DNA of 64,000 nucleotides from Nitrospirales bacterium (GTDB lineage: Bacteria > Nitrospirota > Nitrospiria > Nitrospirales > UBA8639): positions 1,952,001-2,016,000 of the forward strand of contig OY729426.1 of NCBI GenBank assembly GCA_963422365.1, in the 5' to 3' direction. The translations under genes were made by a program, and so were the position numbers. The notes beneath the pieces were generated by a model. That model did no database searches, had not been told where the DNA came from, and saw only the letters and a list, made by a program, of their open reading frames with translations. Positions 19,126 to 32,739 of this stretch are shown here, piece by piece (positions within the stretch are counted from its first letter, which is position 1; every line of letters begins with the position of its first letter).

Positions 19126-19728
19126 TCATGGAAATCGCCCTATCCTTGGCTCGGTCCCGTCAAACAAACGGACGATATTGCTTTTATGCTTTCCAATGAT
19201 GAGTACACTTAAGAGAAGACTAAATATCGTAAAATGCAGATCAAGCGTCATAAACCAGCTTGCCACGGGAAACACCCCAAAAGCCATAAGCGCTCCACCG
19301 GACGAATATTTCCAAATTCCAACCGTTGCTGCCCAGACCAAAATCAGAAAAAGCCCTATGGGAAAGTGTATCCCCAAAATTCCTCCTAAACCCGTGGCAA
19401 CCCCTTTGCCGCCACGAAATTTTAAAAAAATAGGAAAGAGATGTCCAAGTACGACCAAGAGTACCGCCAGCAAGGCCCACAGGCTTGAAATAAATCCCAC
19501 ACTCACGATCCACCCTACCAGCCACCCTTTTCCTAGATCGCCGAGTAACGTAAGAAGTCCAACTTTTTTCCCCGATACTCGTAAGACATTCGTAAAGCCT
19601 ATGTTTTGACTACCGGCTTGACGAGGATCCGGCGCTCCCAACATATGCGAAAAAACGAGTCCGAATGGAATGGATCCCAGGAAGTAGGCTCCGAGGCAGG
19701 AAAGCGGCCCGAGAATTTCATGAGACAT
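19126..19728 (-). CDS. plsY: glycerol-3-phosphate acyltransferase PlsY
   Basis: YFLGSIPFG, GSQNIGFTNVLR, GHLFPIFLKFRGGKGVAT, KHKSNI. Confidence 0.96.
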   Translation of the reverse strand: MSHEILGPLSCLGAYFLGSIPFGLVFSHMLGAPDPRQAGSQNIGFTNVLRVSGKKVGLLTLLGDLGKGWLVGWIVSVGFISSLWALLAVLLVVLGHLFPIFLKFRGGKGVATGLGGILGIHFPIGLFLILVWAATVGIWKYSSGGALMAFGVFPVASWFMTLDLHFTIFSLLLSVLIIGKHKSNIVRLFDGTEPRIGRFP

Positions 19729-19742
19729 AGAGTGCAGCGACG

Positions 19743-20369
19743 TTATGAATGGAGCTCTTTTTTGGAAAATTCGTTCCAGGTCTCAAGAATATATTGTCCG
19801 GCAGAGACTAAAGAAAAGGCCAGAGCCAGATAGAGAGTCACAGTGCCGACCAGATGTAAACTCAACACGGGCACAGAAAACGCTCCCTCCAGAGTTAAAA
19901 GAATGATCGCGATAATCTGAAGTACAACTTTGTATTTCCCAAAAATCCCGGCGGCGATGATAAGTCCTCGACTCGCGGCAACAGCTCTGATTCCGGTTAC
20001 GGTAAGGTCACGGACAATGAGGACAATCGCTAGCCAGGCCGAGATTCGTTGAAATTGCACGAGTAACACCAACCCGGAAATCACAAGAAATTTGTCAGCA
20101 AGAGGATCGAAAAGGCGGCCGACTTTGGTGACTTGATCTCGTTGTCGTGCGATATGCCCGTCTAGTGAGTCCGTTAAGGCCGCGAAACCGAATACTGCCG
20201 CAGCGGCAATAGATCTCCCTACTGTTGGCGTCGAAAAGAGTCCAATATAAACTGGCACCAATAAAATTCGTAAAAACGTAAGCATATTCGGCAGATTGAA
20301 GGTCTGCTCAACGCTCTTGTTTGTAGCGGCAGCTTTGGGTTGGGCTTTAACGACGTGAGTGTGTGGCAT
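19743..20369 (-). CDS. pgsA: CDP-diacylglycerol--glycerol-3-phosphate 3-phosphatidyltransferase
   Basis: NLPNMLTFLR, TDSLDGHIAR..QVT..GRLFDPLADK. Confidence 0.94.
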   Translation of the reverse strand: MPHTHVVKAQPKAAATNKSVEQTFNLPNMLTFLRILLVPVYIGLFSTPTVGRSIAAAAVFGFAALTDSLDGHIARQRDQVTKVGRLFDPLADKFLVISGLVLLVQFQRISAWLAIVLIVRDLTVTGIRAVAASRGLIIAAGIFGKYKVVLQIIAIILLTLEGAFSVPVLSLHLVGTVTLYLALAFSLVSAGQYILETWNEFSKKELHS

Positions 20370-20371
20370 TG

Positions 20372-21211
20372 TTACAGCGTAACATTCGAGCCTTTTCCTG
20401 AAACCTGACAAATTTGCCTCAATTCCTGAAGTAACACTTTGACTTTGCTGAGCGGGACCATTGTAGGCCCGTCTGAGAGGGCATTATCAGGATCGGGGTG
20501 AACTTCCATAAAAAACCCATCACAGCCTGCCGCAGCGGCCGCACGAGCCAAGGGGGCAATAAATTCGCGTTGTCCGGATGAGTGCCTTCCTCCACCCCCG
20601 GGAAGTTGTACGCTATGCGTGACATCAAAGACCACGGGATAGCCTAACTCTTTCATGACCGGAAGGGCTCGCATATCAACGGCTAAATTATTATAGCCAA
20701 AGGAGGAGCCTCTTTCAGTAAGGACGATTTGATGTGTCCCGCTTTCTTCTAATTTTTTGACGACATTGCTCATATCCCATGGAGAAAGAAACTGTCCCTT
20801 CTTGACGTTGACGGTTTTGCCGGTTTGCGCCGCAGCAATAAGGAGATCGGTTTGTCGACACAGAAACGCGGGAATCTGCACAATGTCTACGACCTGCCCG
20901 GCTTGCCGAATATCCGCAACACTATGGACATCCGTCAGGACCGGTACGTGAACCTGTTCTTTCACTTCTTGAAGGATATCCAGGCCTTCTTGAATGCCAG
21001 GCCCTCGGTAAGAATGAATGGAGCTTCGATTCGCTTTGTCGTAAGACGACTTGAAGATATAGGGAAACCCTACTGCCTGAGCCACATCGGCAAGTTGAAA
21101 CGCCGTGTCCAAAACAATCTGTTCACTCTCAATCACGCAGGGCCCTGCAATCAGAAAATGAGGCTGAACTCCTCCACCTAAAAATTTTCCTAATGGAACT
21201 TCCCGCATCAT
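20372..21211 (-). CDS. kdsA: KDO-8-phosphate synthase
   Basis: IAGPCVIES, KSSYDKANRSS, QIPAFLCRQTDL, NVKKGQF, DVTHSVQ. Confidence 0.97.
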   Translation of the reverse strand: MMREVPLGKFLGGGVQPHFLIAGPCVIESEQIVLDTAFQLADVAQAVGFPYIFKSSYDKANRSSIHSYRGPGIQEGLDILQEVKEQVHVPVLTDVHSVADIRQAGQVVDIVQIPAFLCRQTDLLIAAAQTGKTVNVKKGQFLSPWDMSNVVKKLEESGTHQIVLTERGSSFGYNNLAVDMRALPVMKELGYPVVFDVTHSVQLPGGGGRHSSGQREFIAPLARAAAAAGCDGFFMEVHPDPDNALSDGPTMVPLSKVKVLLQELRQICQVSGKGSNVTL

Positions 21212-21346
21212 GGTGTCCTTGATATTCCCACCGCCATACCCGAATCGATCATCAGCGACGTTCCCTGTTGCACGGCACCTCTCCTTCAGCGACGCCAAAG
21301 GACTGCCTGAGTTCCATCTTCCGTTCAAGACGGCTGCCGACACCGG

Positions 21347-22990
<1,644 letters not shown>

Positions 22991-23794
22991 TCATCCTAAA
23001 CGGATTCTTTCTGTCATTCCGAGCAAAACGGCCTGTCCTGCCATGAGTTCGTCCCATGAAGCATTCGCCATTTCCAAATCCTCTTCGGTATCGATCCTGA
23101 GTGAGACATGGGCTGTCTCCCACACGTGAACAGGAATCCCATGTTCCAGGGCTCGTAACTGTTCAAGCTTTTCCGTCTGCTCCAACTCCCCGCTTGATAA
23201 TGCGGCAAATCGATTCAAGGTTTGTCGACGAAAAATATACACTCCTAAATGAAGAGAGGCAAAGGGTGGGACAAAAGCTCCGTGGACGTGATCACGACCA
23301 TGTGGAATCGGGGCTCGAGAAAAGTATAAGGCTCTTCCCTGCTGATCCGTAACCACCTTCACGACAGAAGATTGCGAAAATTCCTCATGGCGTGTCAGCG
23401 GACGACGCAGGGTACCCATTTCTGCGTCACTGGCAAGAAACGGATTGATTAAATCCAGCAAGAGATCGGGGGATAACAGGATTTCATCGGCCTGGAGGTT
23501 TACGACAATTTCACAGGGAAGCCCTCGGATCGCCTCGGCCACACGGTCCGTCCCTGTGCGGTAAGGACCGACAATTATCGAGGAACAGCCGCCAAAATTT
23601 TGCACGCTCTCGTGAATTCGAACATCGTCCGTTGCCACGAGAACCTGAGTAATCTTTGGGACTCGGATGGCTTGTTCATAGACATGCTGGATTAAGGGTT
23701 TTCCCGCGAGAAGCGCTAAGGGTTTGCCGGGGAATCTAGAGGATGCATAGCGAGCCGGAATGATAATCGTGACGTGAGGGTTATCCGCCGGCAT
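22991..23794 (-). CDS. kdsB: 3-deoxy-manno-octulosonate cytidylyltransferase
   Basis: IIPARYASSRFPGKPL, TGTDRV, ALYFSRAPIP, EKLEQLRALE. Confidence 0.97.
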   Translation of the reverse strand: MPADNPHVTIIIPARYASSRFPGKPLALLAGKPLIQHVYEQAIRVPKITQVLVATDDVRIHESVQNFGGCSSIIVGPYRTGTDRVAEAIRGLPCEIVVNLQADEILLSPDLLLDLINPFLASDAEMGTLRRPLTRHEEFSQSSVVKVVTDQQGRALYFSRAPIPHGRDHVHGAFVPPFASLHLGVYIFRRQTLNRFAALSSGELEQTEKLEQLRALEHGIPVHVWETAHVSLRIDTEEDLEMANASWDELMAGQAVLLGMTERIRLG

Positions 23795-24824
23795 AGCGAA
23801 GGGCCTCTTTCAGTTGAGTGTTGGTGATGGCCGCAGTCCCAATCATGCCCACTGCCACCCCTGCCGCATGGTTGGCTAAGATCGCACTTTCTTGAATAGA
23901 GGCGCCGACGCTCAGGGCTAAGGCCAAGGTACTGACCAGGGTGTCCCCGGCACCCGTGACATCATAGACTTGCCGAGCCATGGTTGGGATATGCCAACTC
24001 TTGCCCGTCGATTCACATAGGCTGATCCCCTGCTCGCCCCTGGTCACCAACACGGCTTCGCAGCCAAGCTTTTGGCGCAGTTGGTGACCGATATCATGGA
24101 TCGATTGGTGGTCGGATGCTGAACGGCCAGAGGCCTGCTGAGCTTCCAGATGATTAGGGGTGATGATCGTAACACCGGCATAACAGGAAAAATGTTCGAC
24201 TTTCGGATCAACAAGAATGGGAATGCGTTGGGTGTGCGCTAATTTTCCAAGCTGGGCCATTAGAGAAGGCGTGATGACTCCTTTGCAATAATCAGACACC
24301 ACGATACAGGAAATTGAAAACAAGTGAGTTTGAATATACTTCAAAATCTGCTTGGTGAGCAGAGGGGAAATATCATGATGCCGTTCCAAATCGTATCGAG
24401 CGACTTGCTGGCTATGGGCGATGATCCTGGTTTTTTTCGTCGTAGGTCGTGAGGGATCAACAAGAATACCCATCTGATTTTTTTTGCTCAGACGTGATTC
24501 GTTGATCAGAGCTTGCCCTGTGTCATCAGGACCAATCACGCCACAGAGTTGGGCTCGGCCTCCTAAGGACAGAATATTACTGTACACATTTGCAGCCCCC
24601 CCGAGCTGGAGCGATTCCCGCTCAACATGCACGACCGGAACCGGCGCCTCAGGAGAAATACGGCTGACGGCGCCCCATATGTAATGATCGAGCATGAGGT
24701 CGCCAAGAACCAACACGTTCCCGCGTGAAAATCGGCGAAGGTAGCGTTCCAAAGAAACCGGCGCGGTACGATCAACGGTCTTCTTTTGAGAAGAGGAAGG
24801 TCGTTTAGTCGACGACGGGGTCAC
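23781..24824 (-). CDS. rfaE1: D-glycero-beta-D-manno-heptose-7-phosphate kinase
   Basis: GDLMLDHY, RISPEAPVPVV, GGAANV, SDYCKG, DVTGAGDT. Confidence 0.95.
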   Translation of the reverse strand: MTPSSTKRPSSSQKKTVDRTAPVSLERYLRRFSRGNVLVLGDLMLDHYIWGAVSRISPEAPVPVVHVERESLQLGGAANVYSNILSLGGRAQLCGVIGPDDTGQALINESRLSKKNQMGILVDPSRPTTKKTRIIAHSQQVARYDLERHHDISPLLTKQILKYIQTHLFSISCIVVSDYCKGVITPSLMAQLGKLAHTQRIPILVDPKVEHFSCYAGVTIITPNHLEAQQASGRSASDHQSIHDIGHQLRQKLGCEAVLVTRGEQGISLCESTGKSWHIPTMARQVYDVTGAGDTLVSTLALALSVGASIQESAILANHAAGVAVGMIGTAAITNTQLKEALRYAGG

Positions 24825-24845
24825 AACCTGCCAATTTCGTGAAAA

Positions 24846-25604
24846 TCACTCAATAACTTTCCCAATGCGATTCCATCGAACCCATTCCATCAACGAACCT
24901 TGACCATGCCAGGACCAATAGACAAGAAAGGCACGGCCTTTGATTTTATGCGCTTGAACGTATCCCCAAAAGCGACTATCCAAGCTTTGGTCGCGGTTGT
25001 CGCCCATGACAAAATAGGAGTCCGGGGGAACGGTGATGGGCCCGAAATTATCACGGGGATTGATCCGACCATCGATCATGCCGGGATCCACGCGTTGGGT
25101 GAACGGTTTGTCTTGAAACGGCTCGCCATTAATATAGACAAGTTTGCTGTGAATTTGAATGGTGTCACCGGGCAAGCCAATGACGCGTTTAATGAAATCC
25201 TTCCGCTCATCTTCCGGGTATCGAAACACAATAATGTCTCCCCGCTGGGGTTTCTCAAACTCAACAAGCATGGTAGAGGAATAGCAGGTGATCGGAAGCA
25301 AGGAGGCCTCAAATTCGCAATCCTGAGGAATCTGCAGACCATAAGCGAGTTTATTGACCAAAATATGATCGCCAATCTGCAAACTGGGAATCATGGATCC
25401 CGAGGGAATCTTAAAGGCCTGAACAAGAAACACGCGGATGGTCAAGGCTAAGATGATCGCAATGATAATGGCTTCGACATATTCCCGCCATAATGATTTG
25501 GGGGGCGCCGTCTCACTCCGACTCTCTTTATGGAAAGAAGAAAAATCAGGGTCACCGGAAGAGGAATCCGTCGGCAGGACCGAGTTCGGCTTAGAATCAG
25601 TCAT
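24846..25604 (-). CDS. lepB: signal peptidase I
   Basis: IPSGSM, FIKRVIGLPGD, MGDNRDQSLDSRFWG. Confidence 0.97.
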   Translation of the reverse strand: MTDSKPNSVLPTDSSSGDPDFSSFHKESRSETAPPKSLWREYVEAIIIAIILALTIRVFLVQAFKIPSGSMIPSLQIGDHILVNKLAYGLQIPQDCEFEASLLPITCYSSTMLVEFEKPQRGDIIVFRYPEDERKDFIKRVIGLPGDTIQIHSKLVYINGEPFQDKPFTQRVDPGMIDGRINPRDNFGPITVPPDSYFVMGDNRDQSLDSRFWGYVQAHKIKGRAFLVYWSWHGQGSLMEWVRWNRIGKVIE

Positions 25605-27409
25605 TATTCATCCTTCACTTTCAAGAGAGCCAAAAACGCTTCTTGCGGGACTTCCACTCGCCCTATTTGCTTCATCCGCTTCTTGCCTTCTTTTTGTTTC
25701 TCCCAAAGCTTGCGTTTTCGGGTGATATCTCCCCCGTAGCACTTGGCCGTGACGTTCTTTTTAATGGCAGAAACCGTCTCACGCGCAATCACGCGTTTGC
25801 CGATCGCGGCTTGAATCGCGACCTCGAACATTTGCTTCGGGATCAACTCCTTCATTTTTTCCACTAACTGACGGCCACGAAAATAGGCTTTCTCTTTGTG
25901 CGTGATAAAAGACAGCGCATCAATGGTTTCGCCGTTCAGCAACAGATCGAGTTTCACTAAATCCGATTCCCGATACTCTGTCAATTCGTAATCCAATGAG
26001 GCATAGCCTTGGGTACGAGATTTTAATTTGTCGTAAAAATCCATCACCATTTCGTTCAATGGCAAAGCATAGACCAACATAATTCGGGTCGTATCCACAT
26101 ACTGTAAGCTTTTTTGTACGCCACGCCGCTCCTGGCATAAAGCGAGAATATTGCCGGCATATCGTTCCGGCGCAATGATCGTGGCTTGAATAAACGGCTC
26201 TTCCATGGTTTCGATGGCTTCGGGGTCGGGAAGTTTAGAAGGATTTTCAATGTCCAGCACCTCTCCGAGCAGAGTCCTGACCCGATAAATCACGGTAGGG
26301 GCCGTACTAATGAGCTCTAACCCATACTCACGATGCAAGCGTTCACGAATGATTTCCATGTGAAGCAGGCCCAAGAACCCGCAACGGAAGCCAAAGCCCA
26401 GAGCCAATGAAGACTCTGGTTCATACACAAACGAGGAATCATTCAGGCGGAGCTTATCGAGCGAGTCTCGAAGATCTTCATAATCCACATTGTCCATGGT
26501 ATAGAGCCCACAAAAGACCAGTGGCTTGACCTCACGATAACCGGGTAACGGCGTTGCAGTCGGTCGATCTGCAGCCGTAAGCGTATCGCCGATTTTTGTG
26601 TCCGACACGTCTTTCATGCCGGCGACGACATAGCCGACCGCACCGGCCTTTAGCTCCTTGGTTTTTGTTCGCTTGGGAGAAAAAATGCCGACCTCAGAGA
26701 CTTCAAATATGCGCCCAGTCGACATGAGCTGGATTTTCGTACCCGGTTGGACCACGCCGTCGAAAATACGAACCAACACAATCGCACCTTGGTAACTGTC
26801 AAACCAAGAATCAAAGATCAGCGCCTTCAGTGAGGCATTGACGGACCCTGTGGGCGGAGGTACTCGACGGACCATGGCATTTAGAACATCATCGACTCCA
26901 ATCCCTTGTTTGGCACTGACCAAGAGGGCATCTTCCACTGCCAGGCCCAAGACGTCTTCGATTTGGTGTTTCACGCCTTCGATATCCGCGCTGGGCAGAT
27001 CGATCTTATTAATCACGGGCAGAATCACGAGATCATTGGCCACGGCGAGATACGCATTGGCAATGGTCTGCGCTTCCACGCCTTGCGTCGCATCCACCAA
27101 CAATAACGCTCCTTCACAGGCAGCTAAACTGCGAGAGACTTCATAGGTAAAATCCACGTGCCCAGGAGTATCAATAAGATTTAATTGATAACCGTGTCCG
27201 TCATGCGCCTTATACAACGTCGTGACAGCGTGGGCCTTAATGGTAATGCCACGCTCACGCTCCAAGTCCATATCATCCAGGATTTGCTCGCGAAATTCCC
27301 TGGAGCTGATCGCTCCCGTTAGCTCCAGTAACCGATCAGCGAGCGTAGATTTCCCGTGGTCGATATGGGCGATAATGGAAAAATTGCGGATATGGGAAAG
27401 TTTGCTCAT
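25604..27409 (-). CDS. lepA: elongation factor 4 (LepA)
   Basis: [44 protein letters not shown]. Confidence 0.98.
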   Translation of the reverse strand: MSKLSHIRNFSIIAHIDHGKSTLADRLLELTGAISSREFREQILDDMDLERERGITIKAHAVTTLYKAHDGHGYQLNLIDTPGHVDFTYEVSRSLAACEGALLLVDATQGVEAQTIANAYLAVANDLVILPVINKIDLPSADIEGVKHQIEDVLGLAVEDALLVSAKQGIGVDDVLNAMVRRVPPPTGSVNASLKALIFDSWFDSYQGAIVLVRIFDGVVQPGTKIQLMSTGRIFEVSEVGIFSPKRTKTKELKAGAVGYVVAGMKDVSDTKIGDTLTAADRPTATPLPGYREVKPLVFCGLYTMDNVDYEDLRDSLDKLRLNDSSFVYEPESSLALGFGFRCGFLGLLHMEIIRERLHREYGLELISTAPTVIYRVRTLLGEVLDIENPSKLPDPEAIETMEEPFIQATIIAPERYAGNILALCQERRGVQKSLQYVDTTRIMLVYALPLNEMVMDFYDKLKSRTQGYASLDYELTEYRESDLVKLDLLLNGETIDALSFITHKEKAYFRGRQLVEKMKELIPKQMFEVAIQAAIGKRVIARETVSAIKKNVTAKCYGGDITRKRKLWEKQKEGKKRMKQIGRVEVPQEAFLALLKVKDE

Positions 27410-27710
27410 TGTAACAGCACAATTTATTGATTTTATTAGGGTTTCCACATCTTGTCAAAGAAAGAATGCACTCTTATAATCGCTGCTGCACTTCTTATCA
27501 CGTGGTCGGTACAAAAAATTTGGAATGATCAAGAATAGTTGACGTCCTTTCCGTATTCTAGCTGCATGATCTTATTCCACCGTCTTCTTGGCCGTATGAA
27601 ATGCGACCCTACAAATCAAAGTATTTTTCTAAGAAGAACTGTCATTGTCTCTTATTCTCAATAATTATTCTCAATTTTTTAAAAAATTAAAGTATTGCTA
27701 TAAATTAAAA

Positions 27711-29117
27711 ATGAAGCAATTTAAGAAAAAAGAGAGAAACAAGACTTCGTATTTTTCCTCTCAACTCTCAAAATGGGATCGGCAATACGTTTGGCACCCT
27801 TTTACCCAAATGAAAGAGTGGGAACAAGAAGACCCCTTGATCATCGAAAAAGGCAACGGCACTTACCTCTACGATATACATGGCAACAAATATCTGGATG
27901 GCACCTCATCCATTTGGGTCAATCTTCATGGACATCGACACGTCACACTCAACACGGCCATTCAAAAACAACTCGGCAAAATTGCCCACAGTACGTTGTT
28001 GGGTGCAGCAAGCCCTCCCTCCATTGTCCTAGCCAAGGAACTCGTCAAAATCGCCCCGAAAGGCTTGACGCGCGTGTTTTACTCAGACAATGGCTCGACG
28101 GCCGTCGAAGTGGCCTTGAAAATGGCAATTCAATATTGGCAGCAACAGAGTCCACCGCAAAAACAGAAAACGAAATTTGTTCGTCTGGATGACGCCTATC
28201 ATGGCGATACCATGGGGAGCATGAGTGTGAGTGGGGTCAGCCTGTTTCATGAACGCTTTCGGCCTTTGCTGTTTTCCGCCATATCGCTTGATGCCCCGTA
28301 CTGCTATCGATGCCCGCTGAATTTACGCTTCCCGTCGTGCAACACCGCGTGTCTCGATCCCCTGGAAGACATCTTGGCAACGCAGCATAATCAAATTGCC
28401 GGAGTCATCATTGAGCCCATGGTGCAGGCCGTGGCTGGAATGATGACGCAGCCGCCTAGCTATGTCTCACGCGTGCGAGAGTTATGCACGAAATACGATG
28501 TGCTGCTCATCGCGGATGAAGTGGCTACGGGCTTTGGCCGGACCGGCAAGATGTTTGCGTGTGATCATGAAAACGTGGCCCCGGATCTGATGTGTGTGGC
28601 TAAGGGGCTAACCGGGGGATACTTGCCGTTGGCCGCCACCATGACCACTCAAACAATCTATGAGGCATTTCTTGGAGAGTACGTCGAATTCAAGACCTTT
28701 TTTCACGGTCATAGCTACACGGGCAATGCGCTGGCCTGTGCCGCGGCCCTTGCAAACTTGGAAATTTTTAAAAAAGAGAAGACGCTTGCCCATGTCAAGA
28801 AAAAGGCACGACTTCTCCAAAAACTTCTCAAACCACTGGCGGACTTGCCGATCGTAGGAGACATCCGTCAATGCGGGCTGATGGCGGGTGTTGAATTCGT
28901 CAAAAACAAAGAAACACTGCAACCCTTTCCATTGTCCGAACGTATCGGCCACCACGTCGCGATGGAATGCCGTGGTCGCGGGTTACTCCTGAGGCCAATC
29001 GGGCATAGTGTGATCTTGGTGCCCCCACTCGCAACGCTCGAGCAAGAATTGCGGCAGATGGTGCATATCTTAATCGAGTCCTGTCTGGCGGCTTGTAAAG
29101 GTCTCGATGAATTTTGA
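27711..29117 (+). CDS. bioA: adenosylmethionine--8-amino-7-oxononanoate aminotransferase
   Basis: VWHPFTQM, SDNGSTAVEVALKMA, YHGDT, DEVATGFGRTG, KGLTGGYLP, FFHGHSY. Confidence 0.96.
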   Translation: MKQFKKKERNKTSYFSSQLSKWDRQYVWHPFTQMKEWEQEDPLIIEKGNGTYLYDIHGNKYLDGTSSIWVNLHGHRHVTLNTAIQKQLGKIAHSTLLGAASPPSIVLAKELVKIAPKGLTRVFYSDNGSTAVEVALKMAIQYWQQQSPPQKQKTKFVRLDDAYHGDTMGSMSVSGVSLFHERFRPLLFSAISLDAPYCYRCPLNLRFPSCNTACLDPLEDILATQHNQIAGVIIEPMVQAVAGMMTQPPSYVSRVRELCTKYDVLLIADEVATGFGRTGKMFACDHENVAPDLMCVAKGLTGGYLPLAATMTTQTIYEAFLGEYVEFKTFFHGHSYTGNALACAAALANLEIFKKEKTLAHVKKKARLLQKLLKPLADLPIVGDIRQCGLMAGVEFVKNKETLQPFPLSERIGHHVAMECRGRGLLLRPIGHSVILVPPLATLEQELRQMVHILIESCLAACKGLDEF

Positions 29118-29538
29118 TCCTGCCATTGCCGCGCAAGAAGCCTTGGCTCGTGCGTATGCCCATGACGAACTCGGTGATGCGCAACCCGATATCGAGGAAG
29201 CAGAGGAACTGTTTTCCACGGAAACCGGCGCAGACGCGAAACGAGCCTATGAAACCCTGATTGCCATCGGTGAGACCCTGCCACAGGCACAGGGCTTTCA
29301 AGAATTTCTCATCTTTATCACCTGGCAGCAGGTCACCGAGGAAACCATTCCTCGACATTTCCGGAAGGGCGTTCAGTTAAGCGGGCAGTTTCTCGATCGA
29401 TTCGGTGCTCGCGTTACCGGAAGCAACATCCACGAGCGCATTGTGGCCATTCAGCAGTCTTTTGCACAAGGATTAGGTAACCGCGTGGAATCGATTCAAG
29501 ACGAATACGATCAGGATGCCTTCGCCGGAGGCGATTGA
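29107..29538 (+). CDS. hypothetical protein
   Basis: 143-aa ORF overlapping the bioA end; acidic helical composition. Confidence 0.75.
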   Translation: MNFDPAIAAQEALARAYAHDELGDAQPDIEEAEELFSTETGADAKRAYETLIAIGETLPQAQGFQEFLIFITWQQVTEETIPRHFRKGVQLSGQFLDRFGARVTGSNIHERIVAIQQSFAQGLGNRVESIQDEYDQDAFAGGD

Positions 29539-31233
29539 CCGATCACTTAGCCGTAACCGATGCTGATTCTAATCTGGCTGACTCTGGCGGTTCCGATTTC
29601 GGATTTAATCCGCTTGCCAAAGCAATAGCAGACGGCATTTCAAAAATGCCGATGCCAGAGGGTACGGTTATTGCCGTCAATGGTCCATGGGGCTCGGGCA
29701 AGAGCCACGTTGTCAACCTTGTGTGGCATCATTCGAATGTGCCGGTTTGGAGATAGTTGATTTCAAATGCTGGTGGTTCCGTGGCGAGGAAGCTCTTACG
29801 ATTGCGTTCTTTAGTAGCGAACTTTACTCCGCGATGATCCCCCCCCCCATTGGCAGGAAAGCCAAGAAAGTCATCTCTAAATTGGGCACGCAATTTCTCC
29901 TTGAGGCGAGTCCGGTCGTAGGCTCAGTGCTGAACGTGGCAGTTACGCCTGGCTTAAGCTCAATTGCTCCCAAAGCGATAAGATTTATTGGCGGTCTTAT
30001 CAAGAAGAATGAGCCTGTCGAAAAGCTGTACAAGAAGCTTTCCGATGCTCTAAGGACGGACTTAAAAAGCGTTATTTGATTGTCATTGACGACATCGATC
30101 GCCTGTCACCTGACGAGACGATGCTGATTTTTCGTCTGGTAAAATCGGTTAGTGGATTACCGAATCTTATGTGCCGCTCGCCTACGATCGGCAACTTGCC
30201 GAGAAAATCGTCACTGAGCGTTATCCGTCTGAAGGTCTACATTATCTCGAAAAGATCGTTCAGGCATCCTTCGATTTGCCCGGGCCACGTCGATTATCGC
30301 TAAACTGGGAATTTTCGAGGTACTTGAACAGCACCATTGAAGAAGAAGAGTTCGGAAATGGGGTCTATTTCGGCAATCTGTTCCATAAAATCATCGCTCC
30401 TGAAATCAAAACGCCACGCGATATTCTCAGGATTTTGAATCCATTGAAAATCACTTGGGGAGCAGTCAAAGGCGAGGTCGATCCTACGGATTTTCTTTGT
30501 CTGGAAACTTAGAGCATTCAACGCCCAGAATTATACCGCACTTTGAGGTCAAACAAGGTCCGCTTGACAGAAACAGCACGAAACTCGACCACCCGAGAAC
30601 CAAATCATTTACGTCAAGAATACGATGATATTTTTCTTAACGTGTACCTGATTCGGAACGGGAAAGATTACGCCATGCCATGATGCAGTGATTCCCCGCG
30701 CTGAAAAAGGTAAGCCACGATGCAGGCATTCGTGAAGATTGGGAGTGCTAGCGCCGCGTCTGCTCACCCATACACTTCGACACCTATTTTCGATTCGCAC
30801 TGCCGAATGATGGGTTAAGCAGTCAAGAGATCGAGGAGCTTATTTCTCATTCCGGCGATCCGCCGTTCGTTCAACGTTTGTTTCTCGAGGCAGGAAGAAA
30901 GACCTGCCAAACGGTGGCACCAAGGCCATTCGGCTTCTTGAAGCACTCTGTCTTTATGCGGATGACGTGGCAGTAGCTCGGTTGGCGAAGGCATTCACCG
31001 GCTTATCGTCGAACAGCTACCTTGGGAATTCTGTCGCAAGGCGAAATCACATTGCCGTGACGGATACGTTGGAGTCTATCGTTGATTTGAGTGAATTTCA
31101 CGCGCGTGCCGAACAAGTGCAGGAGAAAAGGAACTTGAAAGCCGAGGATCACGAATCTTTGTCGATATTTCTCGACGCGTGGCAAGAACAAGACGTGCGA
31201 CGAAGACAAGAGGAGGGGAACAGTGAGGATTGA
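29535..31233 (+). pseudogene. KAP-family P-loop NTPase, multiply frameshifted
   Basis: Fragments in different frames: Walker A GPWGSGKS, F..WWF, Walker B IVIDDIDRL, YLEKIVQ, TPRD; several stops and shifts; a C10 run at 29839-29848. Confidence 0.85.
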
Positions 31234-31753
31234 TGACATTCATAGTGTCCTTCAAGTGTATTGCTCAGAATGCAGCACCCAAGTGGCGTCAAGTGCTAAG
31301 TTCTGCTCTACATGTGGTTCCGCTATGAGCGGAACTCTCCTGCCTGAAAGTGAAGTCGCAGTTAACCAAACAATCAAGCATCGCTAGCAGAGATCGTTGC
31401 TCCCTCCTCGCTTGGCACGAAGTGGCTGAAGTTCTGGAACTCGGTCTGCCAGTTGGAGAGGTTATTAGATTCCTGTTTGGACTCCTGTATGGTGCGAGTG
31501 CCATTCATCTTGGTGTGGCCTAGCGTCAGGCTGCATGGTCTTTCCTTTTTTTCAAAAAGACGAGCGTTATTTTCTTAGAAGGGAAATCATCGAAGATTAC
31601 CCAGAAGCTACAAGGCCACTGTTGTCTTATATTTGGTTACAGGAAAGAGGCTGCCTTACATGTGATCCGATCACTAATGGACGAATATCCGGCAAGTATC
31701 ACGGCCTCTATTCCAAATGAAAATTCGTGAAGCGATGAGCCCAGGAGAATGAA

Positions 31754-32450
31754 ATGAAAAAATGTGAGGTGCAACACGGCATGGCCGATTTCGATCACGA
31801 AGCTTGCAAATTCTTCCATGATCGCTGCCTCGAACGAGGTATTATCCCGCAACCCATACCCGTGAGCCAAAAGGCTACGGTTCGCCGACCGGATTTCAAA
31901 CTTTCGATTGATGCAGAACCGTCGTTGTCGAAGTCAAAGCAATCAAAGAGTCGAAAAATGATCGCATCTTTAAGGAAAAAATTGTAGCGCAGAACGTCTT
32001 TGAGAAAGATATTCCGCGAATCAGAAAAAAATCAGGAAAGCCAATCGACAGCTACAGCGATACTCGTATCGGGGGATTCCAGGTCTTGTTTGTATGATCG
32101 ATTATACGGGAGGAGGACTAACTTGGATTCCAGCGGACATGCACATCGCAATGTTTGGCCGTGATGCGGTTGTCATGTCGGTTCCGAGAGACCCCGCATA
32201 TCCGCCCCGTATCACAGGCAACACATCCGCCGGACAAGAAACACTGACACCAGAGCATAATACCTCGATTTCGGCGGTTTTGACTTTCCTGCCGGAACGT
32301 GACCGATACGTCACATGTCTCTGGCATAACCACTTCGCCCGCTGCCCAATTCCTGAAGATTGTGCGGCTCATTTTCTAAATGACCAATATCGGAGTGGTG
32401 AGAGAAATCGCCCAATAGATCTGTATTCGTGGCGAAGGTGGATGAAGTTT
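31754..32450 (+). pseudogene. frameshifted hypothetical gene with a PD-(D/E)xK-like motif
   Basis: RRPDF followed, after a frameshift, by VVEVK; then RKANRQL and the fragment ending NTSISAV...WHNHFA. Boundaries are approximate. Confidence 0.5.
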
Positions 32451-32477
32451 GGCAGGAACTGCCGTTCGCGGCAATGG

Positions 32478-32739
32478 TCAGAGAATCTTGATCGCGGCCA
32501 CGATCAGACTAGCGACACCGACGTTGACGGCGAACATCCATTTGATGAGCTCTGTTTTTGTGGCTTCGATGCCAGCTTTGGTTTCCTGCCGCAACGCTTC
32601 GATATCGGCTTTGGTGGCAAGATTCTGCTCGATCAACCTTGGCCTGCTGACGCACAACGGTCTCGGCTTGGCGCTTGGGCATGCCGGCGCTCACCAGTTC
32701 ATGGACTGCTGCATGCGTGTCGAGGATAAGGGTAGGCAT
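32478..32739 (-). pseudogene. DUF1640/CCDC90-like coiled-coil membrane-anchored protein, one frameshift
   Basis: LDTHAAVHELVSAGMP..QAE, then in another frame LATKADIEALRQE..ELIKWMFAVNVGVASLIVAAIKIL-stop. Confidence 0.7.

Noticed and set aside
31272..31299. CIRCE-like sequence GCAGCACCC-N10-AAGTGCTAA
   Set aside because: The spacer is 10 rather than 9 nt, there are several mismatches, and no chaperone gene is adjacent.
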